A stretch of DNA of 64,000 bases from Antedon mediterranea (taxonomy: Eukaryota > Animalia > Echinodermata), in the NCBI RefSeq assembly GCF_964355755.1, contig NC_092673.1, positions 23,619,648-23,683,647 of the forward strand. Reading direction: 5' to 3'. This document shows, one piece after another, positions 19,543 to 33,631 of the stretch (positions are counted from its first letter, which is position 1; every line of letters starts with the position of its first letter). Below the pieces are notes generated by a model, which made no database searches, was not told where the DNA came from, and saw only the letters and a list, made by a program, of their open reading frames with translations. Made by a program: the position numbers and the translations under genes.

Positions 19543-22403
19543 ATGACAACACACAAGTCGCCGGTTATTGATGATATTAAAATAAACCGAAATAACTGGT
19601 TATTTGACCATCCAATTGTAAGTTAAACAATAACTATGTAATAAAGAATTATACATCATTAAAACAATTTGTATTTTGTAATGTAACAGCAAGTTAATTA
19701 CCTGTCCAAGCTAGGCCTAACTAATACAAGCCGGGCCTAATAGCTAGCTTTTTAGCTTGCTCTCCAGCAGTCAATAGGCCTCCTTCCAAGCCCTTCAGTC
19801 TCAGGCCGAAGTTAGCCTAGGTATGCCTAATCCGCCTTTCGGATTTCTATATAGGCCTAGTAGGTCTAGCTAAGCCAGGGTGGGTAGGCCACTACTTTTC
19901 TACAGCCAATTGACGTGGTGTATCCTCTACCTTGCCAACAAGTAGCCGAGATTCAGGTTTTAATAATTAATCCTATGGAAATGCATGCAGCATAAAATAG
20001 GGCCTAAGAATAACATCACTCAGTCATAGTGTCCAACTTTTGGCGCTAGTTCCGTTTCGCACCTGTTTTTATTTCGACTTCCTTTTGACTCCAAATTGTT
20101 AAGCAACTTATTGTGAATACCACACCTTAAAATTGTACCTCATAAGTACTTTTATGAAGAAGAATCACATAAAAAGTAACAAATAAATCCTTAAATTGAT
20201 GATTTTACACACATGTTTCTCGCATACCGTTCGCCGCGAATTTAGCATACTCGAAGTTCAATATTTTCGTTTCTATGGAGCGCCAAAAGAGCAACAACAA
20301 TAGATGGTTAAAACCTCAGTGGAATGCGTCTTCTTTTAATGCATTTATTATTGAAATACACGTTTAATTTTAATATATTTTGTCAATAAAAATGCTGTAA
20401 CATTTTACTGCTAATAATTTGCTGTTTTCAAATAGCAACGAACACTAGGCCTAAGAGTAAGTCTAAGACTAAGAGGCATATTATTTAGATTAAGGTACAC
20501 CCCTACAGTACATGTAATATGATGATGAATTTGTCGATTTTCATTCCTAAAAGCTCCTGCAAAAACCATGTACAGTATCAACAGTAATATTTTTGTTGCA
20601 TTGACATTGACAAAATATGATAAAATTGAACGTAATTTTCACCAATAAATGCATTAAATATACGAAATTTACTGAGTTTTTAGCCCTCTATTATGATTGC
20701 TCTTTTGGCGCTCCATAGAAACAACAACATTGAACATGGAGTATGCGAAATTCACGAACCAATGTGCGAGAAACACGTCTGTAAATTCATCAATTTAAAG
20801 GATTTATTTTTTACTTTTTGTGTGATCTCCTTCGTAAAAGTATTTTTGAGGCCTAATTCTAAGGTGTGGTACTCACGATAAAGTTACTTAACCAATTTTG
20901 AGTCGAAATAAACGACAGGTGCGAAACGGAACTAGCGGAACTAGCTCAACCAAAATTGTAAATAATTTGGAGGATGCCATAGTCTTTAATCATTACTGAA
21001 TGTTGCTGTAATGACACTAGCCTAGGCCTATGTTCCAATCCTTTAAATTTCAAAAATTAGATTTTGAAACAACAAAGATTTTATACGTTTTTTCAGTGGT
21101 CAGAAATTCAGTCCTTTGGCATGAAAGACTTGAGACAACAACGTATTTCAATGACTGTCTATCTGGATCTTTGTGAAGGTAAGGCTTTTTGTAGTGTTTA
21201 AAACTTAACAATATATTCAATTGGTACGATTAGTTACAGTATTAGATCATTTTTTAATAGCAAATTTTTAATTAAAACCATAGCGTTATCAGTCAAGATA
21301 TTTTATAAGATGTTTATTTCATCAGCAGAAATTGAATGAATACCTAATTGTGATAATAAAATTATTTCTCCCCACCATATTCAATATTACCACATGCAGA
21401 ATCACCCTAACTAGGTACTGTATGGTATGGCTGTATAATACTTTTATAATATTTCAGGAACTTAGGAATGAATCATGAAGTAAGGGACAATATCAACATT
21501 ATTCTACTGCAGTTACTGCAGCAAATACATTTCGTTTACTCTTTAACCCATTTATACAATTATTTAGACTTTTTGATCGTAAACACTGTTTATTGCAGTG
21601 AATGCCAGTACATTAAAACAAAATAAATAAAATCTTCCGAATCGCAGTAATAAAACGGAGTTGCTGCAGTAACAAAATGTACATACTGCAGTAATGAAAT
21701 GTAGATTTACTGTAGTACTGAACTGCAGTAACAAAATCTAGTTACTGCAGTAGAATAGTTTTAACATGATCCTGAAGTACTCTCATTTTTTTTCTCATTG
21801 TAAATATTTAGCCAAAGACTGGTTGACTATGAAAGTACACAAATGCAGCCAGTTACAACTTGTATACTTAAGTGGAAAAAGTCAAAGGAAAGCACCAGTT
21901 GAGTATATTTTACCACTGACGGCGGACTCGGAACTGAGTCAAGAAAAGTATGTTATTATCGGGCCCCTGAGCTCAAATTGTATACAATTTGTTACGTTTG
22001 ATTTTTACTAGCTATAAAAACATATCAAATATATATCATATATAAAAAACATATCAAAACAGGCATTAATATACCTAATAAAGGCTAACCCCCAGAGCGA
22101 TATTGGGATTTAGTTTGTTTAGTTCATACTATATATACTATCATACTACAATTATTTAACCATATTTTAAAAATTTTTTTTAGAATTCAAGAATTTCTAG
22201 AACACATTCCTGTTGATAATGACGTCGACCAGCATAATGAGCAACGGTCACTTACTCTGGCAATAAGTGACTCTGATTCAACAACAGTCTATTACAGGGT
22301 GACTAATGGCATTGCTTTACCGAATGATATGATTATTTCCAGCCAAGCTTCCGAGAGACAACTGCCAACAGAGGGCGATATATTTGCACCAGAAGAGTTA
22401 TGA
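19543..22403 (+). CDS. TSEN15: tRNA-splicing endonuclease subunit Sen15, 170 aa
   Basis: Exons 19543-19617 (MTTHK...NWLFDHPI), 21097-21178 (WSEIQ...TVYLDLCE), 21812-21947 (AKDW...LQLVYLSG...ILP...LSQEK), 22184-22403 (IQEFL...SLTLAISDSDSTTVYYRVTNGIALP...TGA). Motifs match Sen15 family (HP, VYLDL.E..W, LAI..SDST.VYY). AATAAA at 22428. Confidence 0.9.
20045..20937. repeat. Long diverged inverted repeat (arms about 20045-20412 and 20581-20937) in TSEN15 intron 1
   Basis: Colinear reverse-complement blocks: gctagttccgtttcgcacctgt/acaggtgcgaaacggaactagc, aaataaatcc(t)ttaaattgatga/tcatcaatttaaaggatttattt, tttctatggagcgccaaaagagcaa/ttgctcttttggcgctccatagaaa, taatgcatttatt/aataaatgcatta. Confidence 0.85.
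21500..21765. repeat. Degenerate repeat cluster of the palindromic TACTGCAGTA motif (probable MITE)
   Basis: Multiple tactgcagt(a/t) units in TSEN15 intron 2. Confidence 0.55.
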
Positions 22404-22966
22404 CAAACATTTAAATGGTTCATATAAAATAAAATAACTATTCGTTTTTGTTTGCATTGTAATTTGTGCAATGTAATTGTAATCTGCTGAATTTTATCAA
22501 ACCAAAATGTGACACTTGGATCTCCTGGATAATTTTACTAAGTTTACAATGCAATACCAGGTTGAAACACCGGTTCTTGTCAAATCAGATTATGGTAGCC
22601 CCTGCATTTAGTATCTGCCTCAGACATATTGGCTTATGCCTCTCCTCTGGTCAAGGTGGGCACTGGATGAGAGAAGCCTTTGGTCAATGATAGGACCAGC
22701 CAAAGGTGCTTTAAAACAGTACTGGCTTAGTTTCATCCATCATTCAGATGAATGTAGGACTAATTGTCATTGTCGTTCATTTATTCAATCATAATAAATT
22801 TATGTTTGAATCAGGGATAAGATTAAAAACACTATGCAACTCCTTGCAACTGTACATTACATTTTTATTTAAGTTTGTATTTCCATGGATTGTCAAAAAC
22901 GAATTTCGACTGTCCCAATATAAATGAGCCAATCTATTCACAGGACAAACCTAAACAACAAAGTAT

Positions 22967-23118
22967 TAAGCTGTGTTTACACTATGTGACAAAGAAAGTG
23001 ATCTGCCCATATATGGACACAATGATGTCATATTATTACCATAATATTTGGGCATATCATTACCATATTTGGGCATATCGCAACTCGAATAAAGTTTGAT
23101 TGTGTAGACAGAGCTTTA
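22967..23118. mobile_element. MITE family A copy
   Basis: aagctgtgtttacacta...tgatgtcatattattaccat...gtttgattgtgtagacagagcttta. Confidence 0.75.
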
Positions 23119-23507
23119 CAACAACAAAATTGTTGTTATTGTTATAACATTTTATACTGGCTCTCTTTCTTTTCGTTCTCCTTCACCGCTGTAAAGAATC
23201 AAATGGGTTATAAATATTAAAAATATTGTTGCAAATGTTTACAATACAATAATATAAGCCCGGAGATCCCCTTTCTTCTTCTTCTTTCGGTACTGCTTAA
23301 CGATCCTTAAACAAGCAAGCATAAGTTCAAGTACGTTTTAAATATTGCGCCCTCTATTTCTATTACTTGGAAAGTTAAAGTTCCATCATACAAACATGAG
23401 TATCCAGCTGAGTGGTATCCACGGTGTTGTATTTTGACATAGGTCTAGAACAACAATAATTTAATTCTAGCGTGTAAAAAATGTAATTAACTGTTCACCA
23501 CAGTAAC

Positions 23508-26500
23508 ATGGGGTGTGTTGAGACCAAACAGTTCGATCATGCAGGTTAGTTGTGTTTAATTCTTTACACAATTTTCGTCTTCTGCTAGGCCTAACCATAA
23601 CCTACTCATCATGTTGTCATTACTTAATACTCAACTCGGCGGTACGTATTAAGGCTAGGCTGGAACTATCTGTATGGCTAATAATAAGCCTAATAAAGGC
23701 GTAACCCTGAATCCCGATAACAAATATCGACCAACACAGGACAGTATATTCAAATAATTAATTTAAATAATAATAAAAACATTATTAACTTTAAGATTGT
23801 TTAATATTAATAAATGTTTATGTATTATTAATTTATTGTCACATTGTTTGTGTCTTAAAAATTGAAAATAAATGAATTGAACAGTTTTTACAATCAATTA
23901 TATTTTATTATAAATATTTTTATAACTTATATTTTTAATGAAGAGTCCACTTGAGACAATGCAAGGCCCCTCCAATGTTAAGTTATGATTATCAAATTCA
24001 GTATTTTTTTTTAAATAGATTTTTGTTTAAATTGGAATGTTAATTTTTTATTTATCAAAAGCTTAATTTGGTGATACTTGCATGCCAAACTAACTTACAT
24101 TTATACAATATTTGAAAAACAACAACGTCCAAATTGAATACGCCATGTACTGTACCTCACCTGTCATGTCAAAATGTCATTCTGGTCCATGTTACCCGTT
24201 GAATTGTTTCACGCCAAAATTGATGGAGCAGGGATGGCCAGATACATGGCTTAATGACCCTAATTAAAGGTATATTAGTTAGTACCCAGGGGGAAGGTTG
24301 GTTTCTGAGACTAACCCCAGTCACAGTTCATCAGTTTTTCTTGAAAAACGTTTCATTTGATAGCAGTGCATGAAATAAAATAATGAATTACATCTTCCGC
24401 GAAACTAATTTAAAAACTAATCCAGTAGAAAATATAATTGAATAGTGGTAATAAAATTCATATACTGTAGATCTATAGATTTCATCATCATACAACGTCA
24501 ACAATCATAATTTAATTGAATTACTATTAATAGCCGTAGATACTGTAGTAATTATTATATACTGTACTTGGTTAATTGTACTTCCCAGTAAAATTAAACC
24601 AATAAAATGGAGTTAGCATACAAATTAAAATCATCGGTTATGGAAATCTAATTCAATTATTTTATTTCATCAAGCACTCTGGCTTGAAATTGTCTTTCTT
24701 GTCACGTATATAAAACACTAAATATGATAAAATGGTGAAAATACAAACAGTACGACACCAAGGGGTAAAATACAAAAGCAACAAATACAAAATTATATAA
24801 AAAGGTTAAAACATGGCAGTAGTAAATAATATCATAAAAATCTAGAAAACATTATGTAATATACTGTATGTACAGTATGTATCACCTGACAAAATTTGCA
24901 TTAAAAAGCCTCATAATAGCAGGTGGAAAAAAGAATTTCGTAATCTATTAGTTTTCATCATAGGGAAGTAAATTCTACAATCTCTGTTAAAGACAACATA
25001 TTTGTTGAGTGGATGCCATACTGTGACATAGGGGGTTGAAAACAAAAGCATTATAAGTATTTACCAATACACAATGGCATTTATACCAGGGAAGAGTGAG
25101 TCTTGTTTATACCATGGCAGGATTTAACATAAAAAAGTCCTTTCAAAAGAAAGAAAATATGGTACTGTGCAGATTTTGTGATAGGGATGAGAGAAACCAC
25201 TTTAGGTTTTAATATTACAGCTGAGGTTTAAAAATGTTGAGAATATACTGTAAGAACCTAGTTGCCTTAAAATTACATTTAATACTGTACACTCAGGATC
25301 TTTGTGGTATACTGTTAAGTACTTTATTCTATGATGCATATGACTATTAGGCCTAGTAGAGAGAGTATAGTTGAGATACTACTGTACTGTACCCCTATTA
25401 AAAGAAAAACACATATTGAACTAAGGGAAATACAGTATATGTTTTTAAACTGTGACCATCCACAGTATTCAGTGGACACATATTAAGAGGACACTTTGTT
25501 GAGTGACCATTCTACTCTATTACATACAAACCTTTCTCTGATTTATATGATTTCGCATTGACACCTGATAGAATGTATTATGGTATCATCATATGAATCA
25601 TCAAGGCTCCATAACAAAATGATGGAGTATTTTTTAGTGTCTGCCTTTTTTATTTAAACTTACTTATGCAATTGATTTTGTAACTATGGACGTCCGTTTC
25701 CGAAATAGAAATGCAATGAATGAATGAATGAATTACTTGCATTATAATTATTATTTTAATAAAATCATTAATAATGTTTTACCAGAATAGCTCTAAACAT
25801 ACAGAACATGTGACTTGAATACAGTAATTTTATTTCATACTGTAAATTGCTATACCTGAGCTTAAAGTTAATAATAAACTCCAAATCTCAGTTGAAAACT
25901 AAAATTCTAATTTTAGAAACTACTAGATTAATTTGTTAAATGCGTGATCAATAACATGCTTTGTTAATTTGTTTTCTTTAATTCTAAACCATTATTTTCA
26001 ATACTTCTTCTAAAGAGAACTAACCGTGTTGCCTAGCAATACACGTTCTCACTGCATGTATAAAGGGGTAAATTAAACCATCAGTTAAATGCATCATTCT
26101 TTTAGTTTTACCTGTACATAACGATAGTTATAGATTTGTGTATTTGTTTAGGAGAAAGATGTTTGGAATAGACATACAATAATACGAATTAGTTATAGAT
26201 TTGTGTATTTGTTTAGGAAAAAGATGTTTGGAATAGACATTGATGATGAATGGTTCAGAACAGCCATGCAGTACTATACGCACTTAACTGTAGATTTTTT
26301 GTCTGCTATGAGGAAATTTAATTTGTTTAAATTATTAATATTAGCTGAGCATGAACAGTGCAGTATGTTCTAATCTATTCTAACAGTATCAGTTCAATCT
26401 AAAAAAAATCTTCTACGTCAATATTTGTTTAAAGCAGTGAACACTAACAAAAATCAACAGTGCAAAAGAAACTCATTGGATTGTTTACCACTGCCATGGT

Positions 26501-29500
26501 TACATTATACATGGATCTGACACCATATCATTATCAAGGATCTTGCATAGTATTTAGTTTCTCATTGATTGTTTTGTTTATAGATGATTAATCACAAATA
26601 TAAACTGTGTTGAATAAAATGAGTTGTTTCATTGGATGCTGACTTTAGTAATAATATCTCAATAGAATTGGCAACTACTGCAAAATGATCAGGTTATTAA
26701 ACTGACCACTTTAAATTTCCTGAAATAGATAATAGGTATCCGTACTTTAATCACAAAGTTTATTAATCTTGTGACAATGTAATAATGTATTGTAATAGAG
26801 GGAAATATTAAATCTTGACGTCAATAAAGTTGCCGAGTTTACACTGGAGATTAAAATTTATTGATTTAAAAAATGAATAAAGTATCTTTGTTTTTAATGT
26901 GGTATTTAGAGTTTTTTTTTTAAATAGCGTATAAAAATGTCTATTAGAGTTCAATTCAAGTCTCACATTATTTAGTCATCATTTATAATACAATTTAATT
27001 ATACTTATTATATTTTGTTTTCCAGTTACAGTATGCACTCTAAATTTAAAACATCTTGCTTATTTTATTTTACTTCAACAGTCTGTCACATGGTGTAATC
27101 TCCATCATTATGTCTATATAGGCCAATAGTACATAACTGTAAAACATGTCAATTGATGTTTTAAGTTATTTATTCTAATAATTGACATTTTATCTCTGCT
27201 TACTCCCACACTCCACTCCCTGAGCCTGAAATGCCTTTTTCATGGCCAAATTGTTTGTAAAAGTGTATACACATACTGTACGTGGGTGTTGATGCCCAGA
27301 TAGGTAAACGCTGGAGTTTTGCTAGGGGTATGTTCAGACTCACAGCGTTAAGGTTGCGTTATTTATGTAAGGGGCGTACATATTTTTGTGTTTGAACCAT
27401 GCCGCGAATTAGCATTAGGGAGCTGTTACGCTGCGCCAGTGGCGTTAATAACCCTAACAGCAGAGGGTACATTTAATAACGCTAATCCAGTGATTTTTAA
27501 CCTTAACCAATGAAAAGACACGACCACGATTAGCAGACAGCAACTTCATACCTGTATACGACAGTGAAATAGTTATGTCAAATGTATTTTCAGGTTTTCA
27601 ATTTAAAAAAAAAGTGGCGTCAGTGATATGATATTTTCATAAATTAAATCAATTAATCAGATAATTTTCTGTGTAATAATTACGATTTAAATTATTTTGA
27701 ATTAATATGCAATTCTACAAGTAGTAGAACAAATCAGTATATTTGAAGGTAACATTATTATGTAAATAAAAATTTAAAAAAAAACAATTTTATGATGTAA
27801 ACTTTCATGCATTGTCATGAATGTATACATATACAGTATTTCTACTGTATGTGTTTTAAATGCAAGGCATTGGAATTTTGATCGTTGTGTCTGAACACCT
27901 TGGCTTTTAACGCCACGGATTACCGTATGTCTTGCGTACAATAGATAATGCTACCTTGACGCTGTGAGTCTGAATATACCCTTAGTGATTTAAAAGGGTA
28001 TTTAGTTTATAAGAATGATATTAATTTGAGTTATCCATCCTGTATTATTTCTCGCAGTTGAATGTGTACGAATTATAATTTAATAAATAAATAAAAAGAT
28101 TGTTAAAATACAATAGAATTCCTCTCAGTGTAAACAAATAGCAAGCTATTTTTCTACTTTTACTTTCAACTAAAAAAGCACAGTGAGGTCTTCTAGGCAT
28201 AATGAAATTCAGTATTTCATATTATAATTAATAGTAAATTTATTGGTATTATCTATTCTTAAGGACAAGCCGTGAATGTATAGGAATTCTTCATGAAATT
28301 CACGAACATCATTATTTTATGAGCAAGTTTACAGTGTGAAATTGAAAAGTTGTACAATGATTAGGAATTAGGGCGGACAATTAAACAACAGGTGTTCAGT
28401 AATACCCCTTTTTTTGTTACATAACAAAATACAGAGCTGTTAAAGGTACCTAAAAAATTGTAAAACAAAGTGTAGAACTTAAACCTGTCCTAAACAGACA
28501 TTCCAACCCTTCGGATTTCTTCAGGAGCTTCTAAAATGTTCATCCCAATCTTTCGATCTGAATAATAATTAATGTAAAACAAAACCTCCTGAAATTTTGG
28601 TTTTAGGATAAAAACATTTCAAACCCACATTTACTTTCTGAATTCCATTTTTTTAGAAGGTTATTTCTGTATTTAGATAATACTATCCCATAGTTGATAG
28701 AATGCATGACGGTCCTTTGCAGTGATAAATATTGAAATGCTGATTGTGCCAGTTATTTTGTGATGAGTCATGTCAAATCCAATAAATATGTCAAACTCGA
28801 GTCAAATCCATTAAAAATGTGTCAGATTTGTAAAACTCCAAAAATTGTTAAATTAAAGTTGGAACGTCTTCCTACTGTGTATATTGCATTTTAATTAGGG
28901 GTATTTGATCTCTGCTTGTGGAGGTGTTTGACATTCAATTTGAAGAACCAGAAGTATTGCGAGTACTGTAGCTTTTTGGAAAAGGTTCACAGAGGATGGC
29001 ACAGACAGGTCTTAAACTTGTGAATTCTCTTATGCCAGTAAAGCTTTGTCTACACTATCAAACGTGACAAATGTGACAAAAAAATGTGATGTGTCCATAT
29101 GGATATGATGATGTCATATCACTACCATATTTAAGCATATCACTACCTTATTTGGGCACATCACACTTTTTTTTGTAAAAGTTTATATGACATGTACATA
29201 TTTATGTATATATTTTTGAAAAACATAGTTCATCTGTTTTTTTCATATATGTTTTTTGAAGGCCCCTTGATTGGATAGCATATGCTGTTTAGGGTTACCT
29301 TCATTAAACAAGGTTTAAGAAAAAATTAATAAAACAAAAAGACCGGGCCTTGATTCCTTACCATCTCTTTCTAGGTTTTACTATAGTAGCCCTGTTAAAA
29401 TCATGTTTTCATTTTTGTCACCTTATTTTTTAGTTAAGCCTGTAAATTTTGTAGTAGCGGACACGAATGAAAGAACTGAAGCGAGTGCTAGACGAAGAAA

Positions 29501-32500
29501 AAAGGTGGAAGAACAGCACCAGCGGAGTCAGTCGGCAGCTAAGGTTGGTATCATTAAATATAATACAACCATAGGAAACTTATTACATTAAATACTGTAC
29601 ACCTTATAAAAAAAGAATTATCTTGTTTTAAATGTTTGCAGGGTTTACGCATTGACAATTATTATTGGGAAAATTAATTTATGTAAAAATAAATTAAATT
29701 TTTTAAATAACAAAGAGCTGCAAAAAAAAAAAGTTTTAATACATGTTGTTGGTTAGAAATATTGATTATTCTCTTTTTAATTACGACTGAAGTTGTTAAT
29801 AACCATTTGTATAGCAAAAATTGACATACTTATACTGGTAGCACTGTGTGTAGACAGTTACAGTACTCTGGGGAAAAAACATTCAAAGTTATGACTTCGG
29901 ATTTGAGAATGGAAACCCGAGAAAACAAATAATCTTCATATTCCTAAATATACAGTAGGATTACAATTTTTGATAATTTCATCGAGTATCAAAATGACCA
30001 GAATTGTACTAAAAAGATTTTAAATCCCATCTCAAAACCCACTTTGGGTAGGAATTCTGACCTGTAAAAAAGTGGTGAGGTTGAAACCTTACAGACCATA
30101 CTGATGGCTACAGCCCTGGTATCATTGAATAAGTGAGAGCATGAATCTCAATCAAATTCAAGCTTTCAGTTCTAAACAGTGAGTCTATTATTTCATAGTC
30201 TAGACAGCTTTAAACATGGTACTAATTAGCCTCTGAACTTGCTTGCTATTCAAATTAGTTTATAATGTTGCTATGGATATGCAATTATAAATTATCATTT
30301 ACATTGGATAGGAAAAAATATAAAGCTCTTTTTCTGTAGACAAATAAGACAGTAATTTTAACAAACCATACAAAGTATTTCTTCATACAATCTAAATACC
30401 ATAGATTAAACTAAAAAATTTATGTTTTTTATTCATTGAATTGAATGGAGAGAATATTTCATTCGGTTCTATACTGAGATCAGACTATTTATATCAGTAA
30501 ATCCCCCCCCCCCCCCCGCCTAAATCCGCCCCTGTACAGCAGGACGGACTCCCAGAACATGCCTATTGATTTTCAGGAAAATTAGAAATTACTAATCTTT
30601 ATTTGAAGTCCTTTCACTATGCTACAGTATATCTGCTGTACTTACTGCTAAAGAAAAATTGCCATAGTCATTATCATTTTGATTGTAGGTTTATATTTTA
30701 TGATAATCAATAAAATTGTTAAACCTAGATAAACCTTTTAAAATATATTTTTTTTATCAGATGTTTTTGCCTGAAGAATAGGACATAACACTATGTTTAA
30801 TTATTGTTTATTAAATAGCAGAAAACTTGTGTAGAGTAATAGGTTATTTTGTTTTTCAGCGATAACTGATTTGTTACTTGTTATTTGACATCAACTTAAT
30901 TAAAAATTTTAGATATTAGAAACATGTAATTAATCAATAAATTAGGTAAGTCAAGGTGATGGTATCTATTACTACATTGACTAAAGTGTTATGAGCCACC
31001 TTGTATAAGAATCGGCATGTTGGATAAAATGATCACACACACAATAGATGTGAAATAATGGTCAGATCGTCCTTGGTTAATTGTTAAGCAGAGAAAGGTT
31101 CTAATTCCTTGACTATTATACAGTTATATTGATCGAATCAAGTTATCAACTGTAATAACATTAAAGGAGGTGTTTCTTTAAAGATAAGATGAATGGGATA
31201 TTACAATTAGCAATTATGTGGTGTTTATATTATTTATCAGTCAATTTCAGGGACGCATTTTGTCTCTATAAACTTAAGAAAGAAAGGAATTGTGTCACAT
31301 CATTGACGTCAAACATTTAATAAGGTCTTTTCGTTTTAAGTGGATGTGCACGAAGTTTACATCCACATGCATTTCTAAAGCTTTGTTTTTTACTGTACAC
31401 TACTTTGACAAAAAAGTGTGATGTTCCCAAATATTGTAGTGATATGACACCATATATGGGTACAGTAGACCACATTTTTTTGTCACATAAAGTTTGATAT
31501 TAATTGTAGACAGATCTTAATTTTACAAAAAAAAATTCTAGTGCGTGAAAGTCCACCAATTTACTTGATAATGTTTCCAATATAATGTTTAAATATAATT
31601 ATTTGAAAAATCTGTTATATTTTCCCTAGCATTGACTATTATTACATAATTATGAATTTATTGGGCTTGATGGGAGGCTATTTATTTGTAACCATGGTTT
31701 CCATTTTTATAGCTTTTGCTATAGATTTCTTTATTGTATTTTTGTTTGTAGTACCATAAATTACAATTAAACCATATTATGAATTTATTTTTTATGTATA
31801 TTTATTGATGGATTTCTATGTATGCTTTGTATATGATGTATAATATATTTTTTACTTTTTTTGTTTTTTTCAGTCAATTTCAAACGTTGCACTTCAAAAT
31901 TCAGAAAAGCTGTCTACCGCCACCGACAGGTCAAGAAAAAGCTTTATGTCTGATCTTTTGGCACTGAATGAAATAAGTATGTTGATTTGTAAACTGGTGG
32001 AAATTTAATGTTGATTTAATTTTTCTGACAAAATTTAAATATCATTAAAAATTATAAGATTATCTGAGCTTTCTAAAAGTGTATATAATTATAGATTAAT
32101 GTTGTTAACACTTAGCGTGTGATCCCTAAGTCTAATTGTAAGTGTGCCGGAAGCTAGTAACTTGCAACTTTAACTTTAGCATCATCAATTCTGATGATAT
32201 ATCAACAAAACATTTTTCAAATGTCAATTTTTATTCTTTGACAAATATATCTTTCTTAGAACTGATGTTATTCTTCTGGAATACTACCATCATTTTTTCA
32301 TTAAATTTCTGTTAAACTTATTAATATACAGTTAATGCTTTGAGAGAGATCAAAATATGACCAAAATGTAATGGTAACCAAATATATGTAATTTTTTGCC
32401 TTTATTTTATTTTCACTTATTTTATTTTTTTCATATTTTCATCGTTATAAACAATATTAATAGTTCCCACTCGTATAATTATTTAGGAATTTCTTTTGTG

Positions 32501-33631
32501 ATTTAAAAGTAATATCATTTCATAAATCGTAATATATACATAATTTGTTTGTATTCTAGATAAGCAAAACCAGCCTTGTACATCACATACGCCGTCACCT
32601 GACAGCTACTGCAACAGCCCAACAGGTGAGACTATAGAGGGCAGGAGACTACTTCTAGCTAATTCCAACATTATTTCTTCCATTTATATTACATGTTATT
32701 TTTCGTAACAACACACTCGCACATAATTATGGTTAAAGTTTAACATTGAACAACTTTTCTAATAAATCCATATGTTTTATGTATGTTTTATTGTTCATTA
32801 AGATTTGTGTCAGTGGAAAATTTGCTTGAAATAGGTGTTTATTTTTCCCAAATGTCCTTTAAAATCATCTAATGAGCACAATAGATTTTTTAGTGTAGGG
32901 TTCACGGCACACAAACCCAGTTTAAACAACCTTTACATTAAATTATCATGTTGGAATAATATTTAATATTTTTATTACCACTTATAAAAAATTGTAAGAT
33001 GTTTTTAGTTATTAATATGATTTGTGTGTTTTTCTAAAATTTAAGATTTGGTTCTACAAACTATAAATTACAGAGAAAAACATCAGTAGTATTTTGTCAT
33101 AAATATATCTGATCTACGGTTTGCCTAAAATATAATACTTCACCAGTGATAGATACAACCACATGCCAACAATTTATATTGCAAACTAACAGAAAAAAGC
33201 AATCAATCAATCAGATTTTTATAAAATAAACTTCTATATAGAGTACAGTAATTGAATATATTTTTCTATTTAAACCAACTTAAAGAATAGTGAATTTAAT
33301 GAAAATGTTTAGATTTTTACAAAATGCAGTTGTTATAGTGCATTCGTTTTTGAATTAGTAAATAATATATATATTAAAACAAATATTTGTAATAAAAACA
33401 TTGTTTTTGAAATAATAATATCCTTTTTTTTTCTCAAAAGATGATTCCAAACTCAACTCACCAGATAACTTGCCGAATAAGCTACCTAATTCTAAAACGC
33501 AGCGTTCAAAAATGGTTGCATTTGAGGAACCTAATAAAGATGTGACGGACAGTGTAACACAGGATGAGAATTCAAATGATCGGCAAACGAATTTGCAGAG
33601 TAATGGTAACACAAACGCAGTCAAGTCTTGA
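23508..33631 (+). CDS. Uncharacterised 168-aa protein with N-terminal MGC (myristoylation/palmitoylation-type) motif
   Basis: Exons 23508-23544 (MGCVETKQFDHA), 29434-29543 (VKPVNFVVADTNERTEASARRRKKVEEQHQRSQSAAK), 31874-31976, 32560-32625, 33441-33631 (TGA). All have pyrimidine-rich AG acceptors and GT donors, with phases 1,0,1,1 consistent; 507 nt total. Confidence 0.72.
25568..25733 (+). mobile_element. LINE/SINE 3'-tail fragment ending in (GAAT)n; homologous to 6931-7118
   Basis: Shared sequence block with the 6931 copy; tail aatgaatgaatgaatgaat. Confidence 0.55.
26124..26240. repeat. Local ~52-bp direct duplication
   Basis: tagttatagatttgtgtatttgtttagga.aaagatgtttggaatagacat occurs twice. 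Confidence 0.8.
27323..27984. mobile_element. Non-autonomous DNA transposon (MITE) with ~38-bp TIRs
   Basis: gggtatgttcagactcacagcgttaaggttgcgtta ... taatgctaccttgacgctgtgagtctgaatataccc. Confidence 0.75.
29039..29187. mobile_element. MITE family A copy
   Basis: taaagctttgtctacactatcaaac...gatgatgtcatatcactaccatattt...catcacacttttttt. Confidence 0.75.
31377..31520. mobile_element. MITE family A copy (degenerate)
   Basis: tttgacaaaaaagtgtgatg...gtagtgatatgaca...tgtcacataaagtttgata...tgtagacaga. Confidence 0.65.

Noticed and set aside
20693-20881. 62-aa ORF as a possible TSEN15 first exon
   Set aside because: It lies within the inverted-repeat arm; 19543-19617 supplies the family-typical W...HP motif with a perfect GTAAGT donor in the right phase.
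24302-24334. Minus-strand CTGATGA...stem...GAAA hammerhead-like motif
   Set aside because: No stem III or stem I pairing around a NUH site; probably chance.
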